The notes: generated from the letters alone by a model not told the origin. A stretch of DNA of 64,000 nucleotides from Actinomycetota bacterium (GCA_013151445.1 JAADIG010000005.1:30838-94837); one strand, 5' to 3'; positions 18,962 through 28,569 are shown, numbered from the stretch's first letter. Made by a program: numbers and translations.

Positions 18962-19818
18962 GTCGCATCGATGTTCGCAAAACCGCCAAGCTCTACATAA
19001 ATGGGGCCTTTGTGCGCTCCGAGTCCGGTCGGGTGTACTCGGTTGAGCATGCCGACGGATCGGCGGTCGTTCGCGTCAGCCAGGGCTCTCGCAAGGATCT
19101 GCGCGACGCCGTGCGCGGGTCGCGCTCAGCCCAGACCGGGTGGGCAGAGCGCACCGGGTATAACCGCGGTCAGATCCTCTACCGAATCGCCGAGATCATG
19201 GAGGAGCGTCGCGACACATTCGTCGATCGTCTGCTCACCGGCGGCATGAGTGACGATGCGGCAGAAGCCGAACTCGACGCCTCCGTGGATCGACTGGTCT
19301 GGTACGCCGGATGGGCCGACAAGTTCGCTCAGGTCTTTGGCAATCTCAACCCCGTTGCTGGTCCATTCTTCAACATTTCCGCCCCCGAGCCGACCGGTCT
19401 GGTAGGTGTCGTGCTCGCCGACGCCTCACCGCTGCTGGGGATTGTGTCGAGGGTTGCTCCGATCATCGTGTCCGGCAACACCGCGGTCGTTGTTGTTGGT
19501 GGTCCGCGTCCGCTTGCCTCCATCGCCCTCACTGAGGTCCTGGCAACGGCCGACGTCCCGGCCGGTGTTGTCAACATCATCACCGGAGATGCCCAGGAAC
19601 TCGGTCCCGTGTTGGCCAACCATATGGATGTCAACGCTCTCGACATCGTCGGTGTCGAGCCGACACTTGCGGCTGCGATGACACGTGATGCGGCGGAGAA
19701 CGTCAAACGGGTCACCGTGGAAGCGGAACCACAGTTCATGGATGAAGCCGCGCAGAGTCCGTATATCATCGCCAAGTTTGTTGAAACCAAGACGGTATGG
19801 CACCCCAAGGGCGTCTGA
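18958..19818 (+). CDS. Truncated aldehyde-dehydrogenase-like protein (N-terminal NAD-binding half only; lacks catalytic Cys/Glu region)
   Basis: Aligns to the ALDH N-terminal/cofactor domain ('LYINGAFV', 'AGWADK', 'VVLADASPLLGIV', 'GDAQELG') but ends at ~287 aa. ATGA overlap with the upstream ALDH stop. Confidence 0.6.
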   Translation: MSRIDVRKTAKLYINGAFVRSESGRVYSVEHADGSAVVRVSQGSRKDLRDAVRGSRSAQTGWAERTGYNRGQILYRIAEIMEERRDTFVDRLLTGGMSDDAAEAELDASVDRLVWYAGWADKFAQVFGNLNPVAGPFFNISAPEPTGLVGVVLADASPLLGIVSRVAPIIVSGNTAVVVVGGPRPLASIALTEVLATADVPAGVVNIITGDAQELGPVLANHMDVNALDIVGVEPTLAAAMTRDAAENVKRVTVEAEPQFMDEAAQSPYIIAKFVETKTVWHPKGV

Positions 19819-20288
19819 AGTACCCGGCGGCGCTGCCTGAGGCGGTGCGGTCTTCATCCAACGATCGAGCTCGAAAACCCCGATGGTTCTTGTCTTCTCG
19901 CATCATTGCTCAACTGACCGGGTTTGCTCTCGTGGTGAGCGCCTGTACCGGGGGTACCGTGGCACCTCCGGCGGAAGTGGACTCCTGTAGCGGGCTGGTC
20001 CTCGTTGGAATCGATCTCGTTGAGCGATGGGTCGAGAGCGTCGAGAACCTACCCGTTGAGGTCATGACTGGTGACGCCCCACCGCCGCAGAACGTCGCCG
20101 ATCTGATCGCGACCGGGGCAGAACTTGATCAGCGTGCCGCTGCTCTGGGCTGCGGCCTCGAAGAGCTCAACGCCGCGATCGCCGACGGAACTGCGGACCT
20201 CGCAACCGATGATCCTGCGGCGGCCCTCGTACTCAGGATCGTGCGAGAGACGTCGTTCGTCAACGCCCCGGACCCTGGAAACGGTTGA
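19797..20288 (+). CDS. Hypothetical lipoprotein (start uncertain: ATG 19797 or GTG 19845)
   Basis: 'RKPRWFLSSRIIAQLTGFALVVSAC' looks like a signal peptide plus lipobox. No known domain. 3' end overlaps the convergent pgl. Confidence 0.35.
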   Translation: MAPQGRLKYPAALPEAVRSSSNDRARKPRWFLSSRIIAQLTGFALVVSACTGGTVAPPAEVDSCSGLVLVGIDLVERWVESVENLPVEVMTGDAPPPQNVADLIATGAELDQRAAALGCGLEELNAAIADGTADLATDDPAAALVLRIVRETSFVNAPDPGNG

Positions 20289-20949
20289 GCAGTCCGGCGG
20301 CAGCTTCATCGAGTAACCATGTCACCCGTTGCGCCCGTGCGGCAACACGCTGAGCCGGATGCGCAACGTTGTGATCGATGATCTCTTTGATCCGGTCCGC
20401 CTTCCCAGCACCCGCCACCAGGAACACAACGTGATCTGCCCGGTCCAGCCTCGAGAAAGTTGCGGTCAAGCGCCAGGTGTCCTTCTGGTCGACCCAGTTT
20501 GCGATGTAGGCATCGTGTGTGCTGCGGAGGCCCTCGGTGTGGGGAAACAGCGATGCGGTGTGCCCATCATCACCGATACCGAGGAGGACCAGGCCGGGTG
20601 CCGGCAGGATGTCCGTGTAAGCAGCCGCAGCCTCCTGCGGTGTTGCAAGCGATGTATCGGGGGCGACGAACCGGACATGTGTCGGGTCCGTCAGCAAGTT
20701 TCGAACCATCGCCGTATTCGAGTCTGGATGGTCGACGGGCACCCACCGTTCATCTCCGAGCCAGCACGTGACGGAGTCCCACGGCAGATCTCTCGTTGTT
20801 AGCTCGCGGTACAGATCGGCGGGGGTCGACCCGCCAGCGAGACCGAGCGATGGTGCCGCTGCGGAGAGTATGTACTCCGCAACGAGATCAGCGCCTGCGC
20901 TGGCGATTGCGTCACGGGATTGCAAGATTCGAACACTCATACTGACCAC
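20260..20949 (-). CDS. pgl: 6-phosphogluconolactonase
   Basis: 'LGLAGGSTP...LY', 'WLGDERWVP' and 'LLGIGDDGHTASLFP' are the Pgl/DevB signature. Confidence 0.75.
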   Translation of the reverse strand: MVSMSVRILQSRDAIASAGADLVAEYILSAAAPSLGLAGGSTPADLYRELTTRDLPWDSVTCWLGDERWVPVDHPDSNTAMVRNLLTDPTHVRFVAPDTSLATPQEAAAAYTDILPAPGLVLLGIGDDGHTASLFPHTEGLRSTHDAYIANWVDQKDTWRLTATFSRLDRADHVVFLVAGAGKADRIKEIIDHNVAHPAQRVAARAQRVTWLLDEAAAGLLNRFQGPGR

Positions 20950-20997
20950 GTTAGACCACCGAGCTGTAGGAGGGTTCAGCGCCGGTAGTGTTGTCGG

Positions 20998-21702
20998 ATG
21001 GCACGAAGGCTCACGATCAAGTCACCGATCGGGAAGGTTGAGGCACGATTGGTGATGCCGGCGAACCCTCGCCCGGTCGGCGTTTTGCTCGCTCATGGTG
21101 CGGGAGCCGGTCAGGACCACCCCTTCATGGTGACCCTGCGGGATGCCATTGCATCCTTCGGATATCCGACCATGACGTTCAACTACCACTACATCGAGCG
21201 TGGATCCAGGGCCCCGGACCGTCCCCCGAAACTGCTTGCGGTCCACCGCGCTGCCGCGGATCGTCTGGCGACCTATTGCGACGCGGTGGTGATCGCCGGC
21301 AAGTCCATGGGATCTCGCATGGGAACACATCTCGTTGGGGACGAGGGCTGGGATGCGGCTGGTGTTGTGTGTTTCGGGTATCCGCTGGTCCCGATCGGCA
21401 AGAGCGAGGTGCGACCGACCGATCATCTCGGACGAATCGCCTGTCCCCAGCTCTTCTTCGCTGGCACGAGAGACCGGCTGTCGCCGCCGGATCGGATGTC
21501 CGCTGCGCTCGCAGCTATCGCCGCTGCCCGACTGGTTGTCGTCGACGGTGCCGACCATGGTTTCCATGTCCTGAAGCGGTCGGGCCGCACGGACCGTGAC
21601 GTGGTGGACCAACTCTCGGTAACAACAGCACGGTGGCTCGCGACACCACACCCGGCCGAGGATCGGGAGACGGGCGTACCGTTCGGTTCCCCGGAGTTCT
21701 AG
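20998..21702 (+). CDS. Alpha/beta-hydrolase fold protein (KANL3/Tex30-like, unknown substrate)
   Basis: 'VGVLLAHGAGAGQDHPFM' and 'IAGKSMGSRMG' nucleophile elbow. ~230 aa. Confidence 0.6.
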   Translation: MARRLTIKSPIGKVEARLVMPANPRPVGVLLAHGAGAGQDHPFMVTLRDAIASFGYPTMTFNYHYIERGSRAPDRPPKLLAVHRAAADRLATYCDAVVIAGKSMGSRMGTHLVGDEGWDAAGVVCFGYPLVPIGKSEVRPTDHLGRIACPQLFFAGTRDRLSPPDRMSAALAAIAAARLVVVDGADHGFHVLKRSGRTDRDVVDQLSVTTARWLATPHPAEDRETGVPFGSPEF

Positions 21703-22586
21703 AGATTCTCTGGAGCCCGGTACTCGGCATCGATCGCAACACCGCTGCGCGTGTGCACTGTCCACACGGAACCCTTGCGCCATTCGAGCGGACCATCGAT
21801 GACGCCCTCGGCAACGAGTTTCCCGATGTAGGCACCGATGATGTCGCCATGGCTACATACCGCCGCCTGCTCACCGACCATCAGGGTGATAAATCGGGCC
21901 AGGTCATCGCCCGAGGAACCTTCGGTGAGTTCCGTTTCACGTTCGAGAGGCAGACCCACCTCGTCGGCGTATCCGCCGACTGTTTGACGGCAGCGTTTCA
22001 GTTTCGAAGACGCCACTCGCGAGACCGGCTGTTTGGCAAGCCAGTTCTCTATCGCCGAGACCTGTTTGTATCCGCGTAGGCTCAGCGGACGTTTAAGGTC
22101 GGGACCCTTCCACGTATCGCGGACCCCGGCATGGGCGTGGCGCACGAGGTACACAGTGCCTGCCGTCGGGTCCTTGATATGGCGTGCTGCCGTCTCGACG
22201 AGGGCTCGGTCACGCGTATAACTGAGACGTTTCAGCACCTTCTTCTTGGGAAGCCAAGCAATCTCGGCGACCTCGTCGTTCGCTTCGAACGAGCCGGTCG
22301 TCGCCTGCATCAGCCAGTATCGAACAAGTTTGGAGTTCTGGTTCTGGGTCTTGTATAGGACGCCGCCGAGGAACGGTCCAACAGCGACGGAGAATCCAGT
22401 TTCCTCGCGGACTTCGCGGATTGCACAGTCACGAAACTTTTCCCCCGGGTCGAGTTTCCCTTTGGGAATCGACCAGTCGTTGTACCCCGGTCGGAACGCC
22501 ACGAGAAACTCGGTGGAGCCCTTGTGCGACCGATATACGACACCACCCGCTGCATGTATTCTCGCCGCCGGTGTGGTTTCGCTCAC
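21699..22586 (-). CDS. mutT1: Nudix hydrolase fused to a histidine-phosphatase (SixA-like) domain, MutT1-like
   Basis: Nudix box 'GKLDPGEKFRDCAIREVREETG'. C-terminal 'VYLVRHAHAG...SHGD' histidine-phosphatase motifs. GTG start at 22586 forms a GTGA overlap with the ppk1 stop. Adjacent to ppk1, matching the ppk1-mutT1 pairing I recall from mycobacteria. Confidence 0.7.
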   Translation of the reverse strand: MSETTPAARIHAAGGVVYRSHKGSTEFLVAFRPGYNDWSIPKGKLDPGEKFRDCAIREVREETGFSVAVGPFLGGVLYKTQNQNSKLVRYWLMQATTGSFEANDEVAEIAWLPKKKVLKRLSYTRDRALVETAARHIKDPTAGTVYLVRHAHAGVRDTWKGPDLKRPLSLRGYKQVSAIENWLAKQPVSRVASSKLKRCRQTVGGYADEVGLPLERETELTEGSSGDDLARFITLMVGEQAAVCSHGDIIGAYIGKLVAEGVIDGPLEWRKGSVWTVHTRSGVAIDAEYRAPENL

Positions 22587-24667
22587 CGGCTGTCGGCTCC
22601 CCGTGTCCGTTCGAGAGCAGCCTCCATGAGGGACGCGTGGGTACCGATCCCACCCATGTGGGGGACGGGCTGCCACTCTCCGTTGGTTTGCTGCCACGCA
22701 AGCGTGTCGTCGGTGAGCAGCGTGTCAATGATCCCGTCCACGCGGTCCTGCAGGCTCGGGTCGGTGATCGGGGCGAGGACCTCGACGCGGGCGTTGAGGT
22801 TGCGCTGCATCATGTCGGCAGACCCGAGGTAATACTCGGCACCATCACCGACGGTGCCGAAACGGATGATCCTCGAGTGCTCGAGAAATCGTCCAACGAT
22901 CGAACGGAGCGTGATGTTCTGAGACAGACCTGGAACGCCGGCCCGAACGCCGCAAACGCCTCGCACAATAAGCTCGACGCGACATCCCGCTGCCGATGCC
23001 GCATAGAGTTCGTCGATGATGTCGGGATCGATGAGGTGGTTCAGCTTCATCAGGATTCGCCCGTCGACGCCGCGGTTGGCCTGCTGTCGGATTCGCCGCG
23101 TGATTTCCTCGCGCAGATGGTGGGGCGCTACCAGGAGTTTGCGGTACTGAGGTGCAGCGGCGAACCCGGTGAGTGCGTTAAACAGTTCGGAGAGGTCCGC
23201 GCCAATGTCTGGGTCCGCGGTGAACAATCCAAGGTCCTCGTACAGCCGGGCCGTGTTCGGGTTGTAGTTGCCGGTGCCGATGTGTGCGTAGCGTTTCAAC
23301 CCTTCGCGTTCACGGCGAATGACGAGAAGGGTTTTCGTATGAGTCTTTAACCCCGGAACGCCATAGACGACGTGTACACCAGCGGACTCCAGCAGCTTTG
23401 CCCAACTGATGTTGGCAGCCTCATCGAATCGTGCCTTGAGTTCCACCAGAACCACGACTTGCTTGCCGGCCTCGGCGGCGGCGATGAGTGAGCGGACGAT
23501 TGCCTCCTCGCCGCCCAGCGCTGGATCGACGGGTATGGACGTCCGGTAGAGGGTCTGTTTGATGGCGAGAACGTTCGGGTCCTGTGCCGCCTGGGCGAGG
23601 AAGGCCCCGGTGGACGTCGCAAATGACTCGTACGGGTGATGTACAAGAATGTCGCCCTTGGAGATCTCCGCAAAAAAGTCGGTGGGCCGGTCGCCATGGT
23701 CGGCGATCCGCGGCTGGGTGGTGGGTGTCCACGGATCGTCCTTGAGCTCGGGTCTTGAGAGGTTGTAGATATCCCAAAGCCCCCCAAGATCAAGCGGTGT
23801 CGTTCGTCGGAACACGTTGGCACTTGAAACGCCAAGCTCCGTCGCGAGAAGATTGAGAATCGAGTCGCTCATTCGTCCGTCGATTTCAAGACGCACCGCG
23901 GTTGCTGAGCGTTGTCGGAACCGAAGGACCGATTCCATTGCCTCAAGGAGGTCTTTTGCCTCTTCCTCCTCCACGGCAATGTCGGCGTTGCGGGTCACTC
24001 GGAAAAAGAAGTGGTCGACGATCTTGCTGCCGGAGAAGAGTTGGTGGAGGTGTGCACCGATCACTTGCTCAAGGGGCACAAAGCGTTCTTCGTCTCGAAT
24101 CCGAATGAAACGCGCAAGGATTCCCGGCACTTTTACCCTCGCAAACTCCGTGTCGGAGGTCTTCGGTCGTTCCAACTCGACCGCGAGGTTCAGGGAAAGG
24201 TTCGAGATGAATGGGAACGGGTGCGACGGGTCGACGGCGAGTGGTGTGAGCACCGGATAGATTTCTTCGTCAAACGTGGTCGAGAGATAGGCCCGGTCCT
24301 CATCGGAGAGATCGCTGTAATCAGTGAGGTGGATACCTTCGTGTTCGAGGGCCGGGAACAGTTCATCGTTGACCAGGCGATCGATCCGGCCGATGAGGCC
24401 TTTGCCAGCCTCGTGGATCGCATCGAGCTGCTCTCGCGGCGACATACCGTCAGCGGGTCGACGTCCCACACCGGTGACGTGGTGCTCAAGGAGTCCGGCG
24501 ACACGGACCTGGTAGAACTCGTCGAGGTTCTGCGATACGATCGCGACAAATTTCACCCGCTCGAGCAGCGGTGTTGCTTTATTCTCGGCGAGTGCGAGAA
24601 CCCGCGACTGGAACTCAAGCTGTGACAGTTCCCGGTTGATATAACTGCTGGGTTCGTGGGCTGTCAT
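22583..24667 (-). CDS. ppk: Polyphosphate kinase 1
   Basis: Full-length PPK1 (~694 aa) with conserved 'FVAIVSQNLDEFYQVRV' N-domain and two PLD-like C-domains. Confidence 0.95.
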   Translation of the reverse strand: MTAHEPSSYINRELSQLEFQSRVLALAENKATPLLERVKFVAIVSQNLDEFYQVRVAGLLEHHVTGVGRRPADGMSPREQLDAIHEAGKGLIGRIDRLVNDELFPALEHEGIHLTDYSDLSDEDRAYLSTTFDEEIYPVLTPLAVDPSHPFPFISNLSLNLAVELERPKTSDTEFARVKVPGILARFIRIRDEERFVPLEQVIGAHLHQLFSGSKIVDHFFFRVTRNADIAVEEEEAKDLLEAMESVLRFRQRSATAVRLEIDGRMSDSILNLLATELGVSSANVFRRTTPLDLGGLWDIYNLSRPELKDDPWTPTTQPRIADHGDRPTDFFAEISKGDILVHHPYESFATSTGAFLAQAAQDPNVLAIKQTLYRTSIPVDPALGGEEAIVRSLIAAAEAGKQVVVLVELKARFDEAANISWAKLLESAGVHVVYGVPGLKTHTKTLLVIRREREGLKRYAHIGTGNYNPNTARLYEDLGLFTADPDIGADLSELFNALTGFAAAPQYRKLLVAPHHLREEITRRIRQQANRGVDGRILMKLNHLIDPDIIDELYAASAAGCRVELIVRGVCGVRAGVPGLSQNITLRSIVGRFLEHSRIIRFGTVGDGAEYYLGSADMMQRNLNARVEVLAPITDPSLQDRVDGIIDTLLTDDTLAWQQTNGEWQPVPHMGGIGTHASLMEAALERTRGADSR

Positions 24668-24702
24668 GAAATCCTTTGCAACCGTGAATCCATCGTACCT
24701 CT

Positions 24703-25182
24703 CTAACGTCGGTCGTCGGTATCCGTGTCCGTACGAAAATTCCGATCCTCGATGGCAAGAACCTTGTCGAGCCGTCTGCGATACCGGTCACGGTTCCAGA
24801 ACGTCGCCGCGAGGAACGATTCCGCAATTTCGAGAGCGAGTGCACCGCCCGTGACCCGGGCGGCGAGGGCAACCATATTGGCGTCGTCGTGCTCAACGGC
24901 TTGGTGTGCGGTGTACGTATCGTTGCCTTGGAAACACCGAATGCCGCGGATCTTGTTCGCCGCTATGCATGCACCGGCGCCGGAGCCACAGATCACGATT
25001 GCTCGTTCGCCGTGATTGTCGAGGAGGGCGAGGGCCGTTGCCTCAGCAAAGTCCGGATAGTCCACTGGTTCCGTGCTCGACGTACCGACGTCGTGGACTT
25101 CGTGCCCCGCCTCGATAAGCAAGGGGATCAACTCTTGTTTCAGTGGGAATCCAGCATGGTCGGACCCAACAACTATTCGCAC
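24703..25182 (-). CDS. rpiB: Ribose-5-phosphate isomerase B
   Basis: 'MRIVVGSDHAGFPLK' and 'AIVICGSGAGACIAANK' RpiB/LacAB signature. Confidence 0.9.
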   Translation of the reverse strand: MRIVVGSDHAGFPLKQELIPLLIEAGHEVHDVGTSSTEPVDYPDFAEATALALLDNHGERAIVICGSGAGACIAANKIRGIRCFQGNDTYTAHQAVEHDDANMVALAARVTGGALALEIAESFLAATFWNRDRYRRRLDKVLAIEDRNFRTDTDTDDRR

Positions 25183-25267
25183 AGACCGGCTCCTTTTGGC
25201 GACAACCAGACACTACTCAGACCAGCTCCGAATCAGCGAGTCTGCCCGCAGGTAGCTGCTGTCTTGT

Positions 25268-25792
25268 GTGTACATTGGCTCCGTGAGAAAAGTTGCTGTT
25301 GCATTTCTGCTCCTGGTGGCGGCCTGTGGTTCGGGTACTACCGCACCGGTCGTTGGAGTCGTCGACACCGTGTGTGTCGACTCGTTCTGCGTGGACGTAC
25401 CCCAGGGATGGTCAATCTCGGATCAGGGTTCAAACTTTGCGGTCCTCACAAATCCGCTTGATCCACAGGCCCTACTCACGATTGCGCCGATGAACATGGA
25501 GGGAGTCGCCACGGCCGGTGGCAGACAGTGGCCTATCTCGAAATCGGATCTGGTCGAGGTGAGGTGGGCCGTAGTCGAAGAAGGCCGTGCGGAAGTGCGG
25601 TCCGTCGAGCCTCAACTCGACGGGTCGATAGATAGTTATGTAGTGCTCCCCGACGGTTACGCATGGCATCGTCTCGTTACGATCGATTCCCCGAGGGCAT
25701 ACTCCATCGAGCTTCGGGCCTCCGACCGAAGCTGGCGCACTCACGCCGATATCGTTCGGCAGTCGTTTCGGCTAACTGATTCAGGGCAGTAG
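25268..25792 (+). CDS. Hypothetical lipoprotein
   Basis: Signal peptide with lipobox 'LLVAACGS'. No known domain. Confidence 0.5.
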   Translation: MYIGSVRKVAVAFLLLVAACGSGTTAPVVGVVDTVCVDSFCVDVPQGWSISDQGSNFAVLTNPLDPQALLTIAPMNMEGVATAGGRQWPISKSDLVEVRWAVVEEGRAEVRSVEPQLDGSIDSYVVLPDGYAWHRLVTIDSPRAYSIELRASDRSWRTHADIVRQSFRLTDSGQ

Positions 25793-25818
25793 TCCTCTGC
25801 GTACGAGCCGAGGGGCCG

Positions 25819-25824
25819 TAGAAT
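25819..25824 (+). promoter_or_regulatory. -10 hexamer TAGAAT positioned for a leaderless murA transcript
   Basis: TAGAAT is 7 nt upstream of the murA ATG (25832) with no SD sequence. Confidence 0.3.
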
Positions 25825-25831
25825 CGATCCA

Positions 25832-27088
25832 ATGGAAGCGTTGCAAATCACCGGTGGGATACCTCTGAACGGTTCCATCGGTGTGCTCGGAGCGAAGAAC
25901 GCGGTCCTCAAGCACCTCGTCGCGACGTTGTTGGCTCCCGGTACCCATGTCCTGAGCAACGTACCGGACATCGTGGATGTCAGATTGATGTGCGAAGTTC
26001 TTGAACATGTTGGCGCACGATGTGTCGCCGACGGGACCACCAGGACCGTCACCGTTCCCGAGGTGCTTTCGGCCGAAGCACCCCTGGACGTGGTTCGCAA
26101 GATGCGTGCGTCGATCCTGGTGCTTGGGGCCCTGCTTACCCGTGTCGGCAGTGTGAGAATTGCTCTCCCCGGCGGTGACGACTTTGGCACGCGTCCGATC
26201 GATATGCATCTCGACGGTCTTGCCAGGTTGGGGGCCGAGTTCGAGAGCCGCGACGGAGTCCTCTATGGGGAGGCGCCTCGTGGGCTCATCGGTGCCGACG
26301 TCGACCTCGGGTTCCCTTCCGTCGGGGCCACCGAGAACATACTGCTTGCTGCCGTCATGGCGAAGGGGACAACCGTCCTTACGAACGCGGCGCGTGAACC
26401 CGAACTCGAGGACCTGGCGAGTTATCTGACAGCAATGGGGGCCAAGGTCGTTGGTGCCGGCACGTCCCGGATCGAGATTCATGGTGTACCGGAGCTTGTT
26501 GCGGCGACCTACTCGGTGGTTCCTGATCGTCTCGAAGCGGGGACCTACTTGCTGGCGGGCGCTGCGTCGCGGGGCGAGGTCACTGTCGTCAATTGTGTGC
26601 CCGACCACCTTCGTATGGAGCTCTCGAAGATGCGGGCCGCCGGTTGTGATGTCACGATCGGTGAATCCACGATCACGGTGTCGGGACCCGAGCGCCCAAC
26701 CGCGGTCGATTTTGCAACACTGCCGTATCCGGGGTTCCACACCGATATGCATCCCCAGATGGTGGCCTTTTTGGCATCCGGTGACGGTACATCGATCATG
26801 ACCGAGAACCTGTACTCGGGTCGGTTTCGCTACATCGAGATGCTCAACAGGATGGGCGCCGCGATCCGCACGGATGGCCAACATGTCGTTATCGATGGTC
26901 AGAGCACCCTGGTTGGAGCGACGGTCGACGCGTGCGATATCCGTGCCGGTGCCGCGATGGTGATCGCTGCCCTGGCTGCTGCGGGTACCACCACCATTGT
27001 TGATGCGAGCCACCTTGATCGGGGATATACGGACCTCGAACCGAAGCTGAAATCTCTGGGGGCCACGATTGCGCGCATCGCTCTTTAG
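25832..27088 (+). CDS. murA: UDP-N-acetylglucosamine 1-carboxyvinyltransferase
   Basis: EPT family 'GGIPLNGSIGVLGAKNAVLKHL' and active-site Cys region 'LPGGDDFGTRPIDMH'. 418 aa. Confidence 0.95.
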   Translation: MEALQITGGIPLNGSIGVLGAKNAVLKHLVATLLAPGTHVLSNVPDIVDVRLMCEVLEHVGARCVADGTTRTVTVPEVLSAEAPLDVVRKMRASILVLGALLTRVGSVRIALPGGDDFGTRPIDMHLDGLARLGAEFESRDGVLYGEAPRGLIGADVDLGFPSVGATENILLAAVMAKGTTVLTNAAREPELEDLASYLTAMGAKVVGAGTSRIEIHGVPELVAATYSVVPDRLEAGTYLLAGAASRGEVTVVNCVPDHLRMELSKMRAAGCDVTIGESTITVSGPERPTAVDFATLPYPGFHTDMHPQMVAFLASGDGTSIMTENLYSGRFRYIEMLNRMGAAIRTDGQHVVIDGQSTLVGATVDACDIRAGAAMVIAALAAAGTTTIVDASHLDRGYTDLEPKLKSLGATIARIAL

Positions 27089-27092
27089 GACG

Positions 27093-28484
27093 ATGTCGGT
27101 TGATGCCGGGGTCCGGCAGTCTCGCGGATCGTCCACGCTTCACCGGTGGGGGTTTGTTTTTGTGGTCGTCACGGTCCTTGTTGGATCCGTATCGCCGGTC
27201 CGCGCCGAGTCGCATGCGGGCGGGAATGCGATAGCCGACATCGCCATTGTGCCCCGCATCGGCACCGAGATTGTCTGGCGAAACCGTAGTTATGTCGGGG
27301 AGCTGGATATTGCCACGGCGGGGACGAACCTATCTCTGGTCGAAGAGGTCGCACTCGACGCCTACCTGCGGGGTATCCACGAGGTTCCGCTCTCCTGGCC
27401 AGACGAGACGCTCGCAGCTCAGGTCGTTGCCGCACGAACCTACCTGGCGTGGACGATGGATCGGGGCCGGTCCTCCTCGGGGAGGAAGTATGACTTCGAC
27501 ATCTGTGCGACGACCCAATGCCAGGTATACGGCGGCAGTAGCCCGGGCGAGTCCGCGGATGAAATACGCTGGGATGAAGCTATCGCACGGACCTCGCGAG
27601 AGATTCTTCTCTATGAAGACGCTCCTGCACAGGCCCTGTACTCGTCGAGCGCAGGGGCCCGCACGCGCGCCATTCAGGACATCTGGGCGGCGACCGCCAA
27701 ACCCTATCTGCAGGCAGTCGACTCGCCCGAACTTGAGGTCACACCGTTTCGCTCGTGGACCGTGGAGGTCCCTGCGGAGGCATTTCGGAGGGTGGTTGGC
27801 CAAGCAGGGTTCGTTGTCGGTGGCGTTATTTCCAGGGTCGTGGTCGTCGGACCGGGTGAAGGACTGGGTCCGGAACGTGTCGAGATCCAATCCGAACTTG
27901 GTGTGACCTCAATCCCGGTTTCACGAATCCGCGGGATTTTCAACAAATACGGTCCTGCTCTGTATCCGGGTTTGTTTCCGGGTCCCCGTCCGTCCGGTAG
28001 AAGATGGCCACAGACCATCCTGTCCTATACGTTCGAGACATCGCTGACCGGGGAACCGACGGCCGAGCGGTCCGGTCTTGCCCCCTTTTTGCCAGCATCT
28101 GACCTGCCATCTCCGCTCATGGTCGTCTTCGATGGTGAGGGCTGGGGACACGCGATCGGGATGTCGCAGTGGGGGATCAAGGCGATGGGAGACCAAGGGT
28201 GGACCTATGACGACATGCTGGCGCACTATTACAGCGGTCTCCGGCCCGAGGATGGCGGCCAGTACATTCCCGACACTGTGAGGATTGGTCTGACGTGGAA
28301 ATCACCGACTCTTGAATTCGAGGCGACGGGTTCGTTCGACCTCTGGATTAACGGTACGTTCGCCGGTGTTCTTCCCGCCGGTCGGTGGCAGTTCGACCGG
28401 TCATCGTCGGGCATTCGTCTGACGCCTCCCGAGGGTGCCGAGTTCATCACCGCTCGTGTGACGAACCGTTACTGGCCACGTTAG
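27093..28484 (+). CDS. SpoIID/LytB-domain protein (secreted peptidoglycan-remodelling factor)
   Basis: Signal peptide 'FVFVVVTVLVGSVSPVRA'. SpoIID motifs 'YLRGIHEVPLSW', 'AARTYLAW' and 'DICATTQCQVYGG'. Start moved to the ATG after the murA stop. Confidence 0.75.
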   Translation: MSVDAGVRQSRGSSTLHRWGFVFVVVTVLVGSVSPVRAESHAGGNAIADIAIVPRIGTEIVWRNRSYVGELDIATAGTNLSLVEEVALDAYLRGIHEVPLSWPDETLAAQVVAARTYLAWTMDRGRSSSGRKYDFDICATTQCQVYGGSSPGESADEIRWDEAIARTSREILLYEDAPAQALYSSSAGARTRAIQDIWAATAKPYLQAVDSPELEVTPFRSWTVEVPAEAFRRVVGQAGFVVGGVISRVVVVGPGEGLGPERVEIQSELGVTSIPVSRIRGIFNKYGPALYPGLFPGPRPSGRRWPQTILSYTFETSLTGEPTAERSGLAPFLPASDLPSPLMVVFDGEGWGHAIGMSQWGIKAMGDQGWTYDDMLAHYYSGLRPEDGGQYIPDTVRIGLTWKSPTLEFEATGSFDLWINGTFAGVLPAGRWQFDRSSSGIRLTPPEGAEFITARVTNRYWPR

Positions 28485-28569
28485 GGCACCAGATATCGCC
28501 GCGGCACACCCCCTGGAGATCGTCGTCGGGAGCCCAAAGTATGGCGAAACGGGTTTCGAACGGTCGGGT

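Noticed and set aside
22421-23350. 309-aa + strand ORF inside ppk1 (antisense)
   Set aside because: Embedded in the ppk1 coding region on the opposite strand. No motifs.
25781-27136. 451-aa minus-strand ORF antisense to murA
   Set aside because: Overlaps the full murA gene. Arg/Gly-rich composition, no domain. GC-driven spurious ORF.
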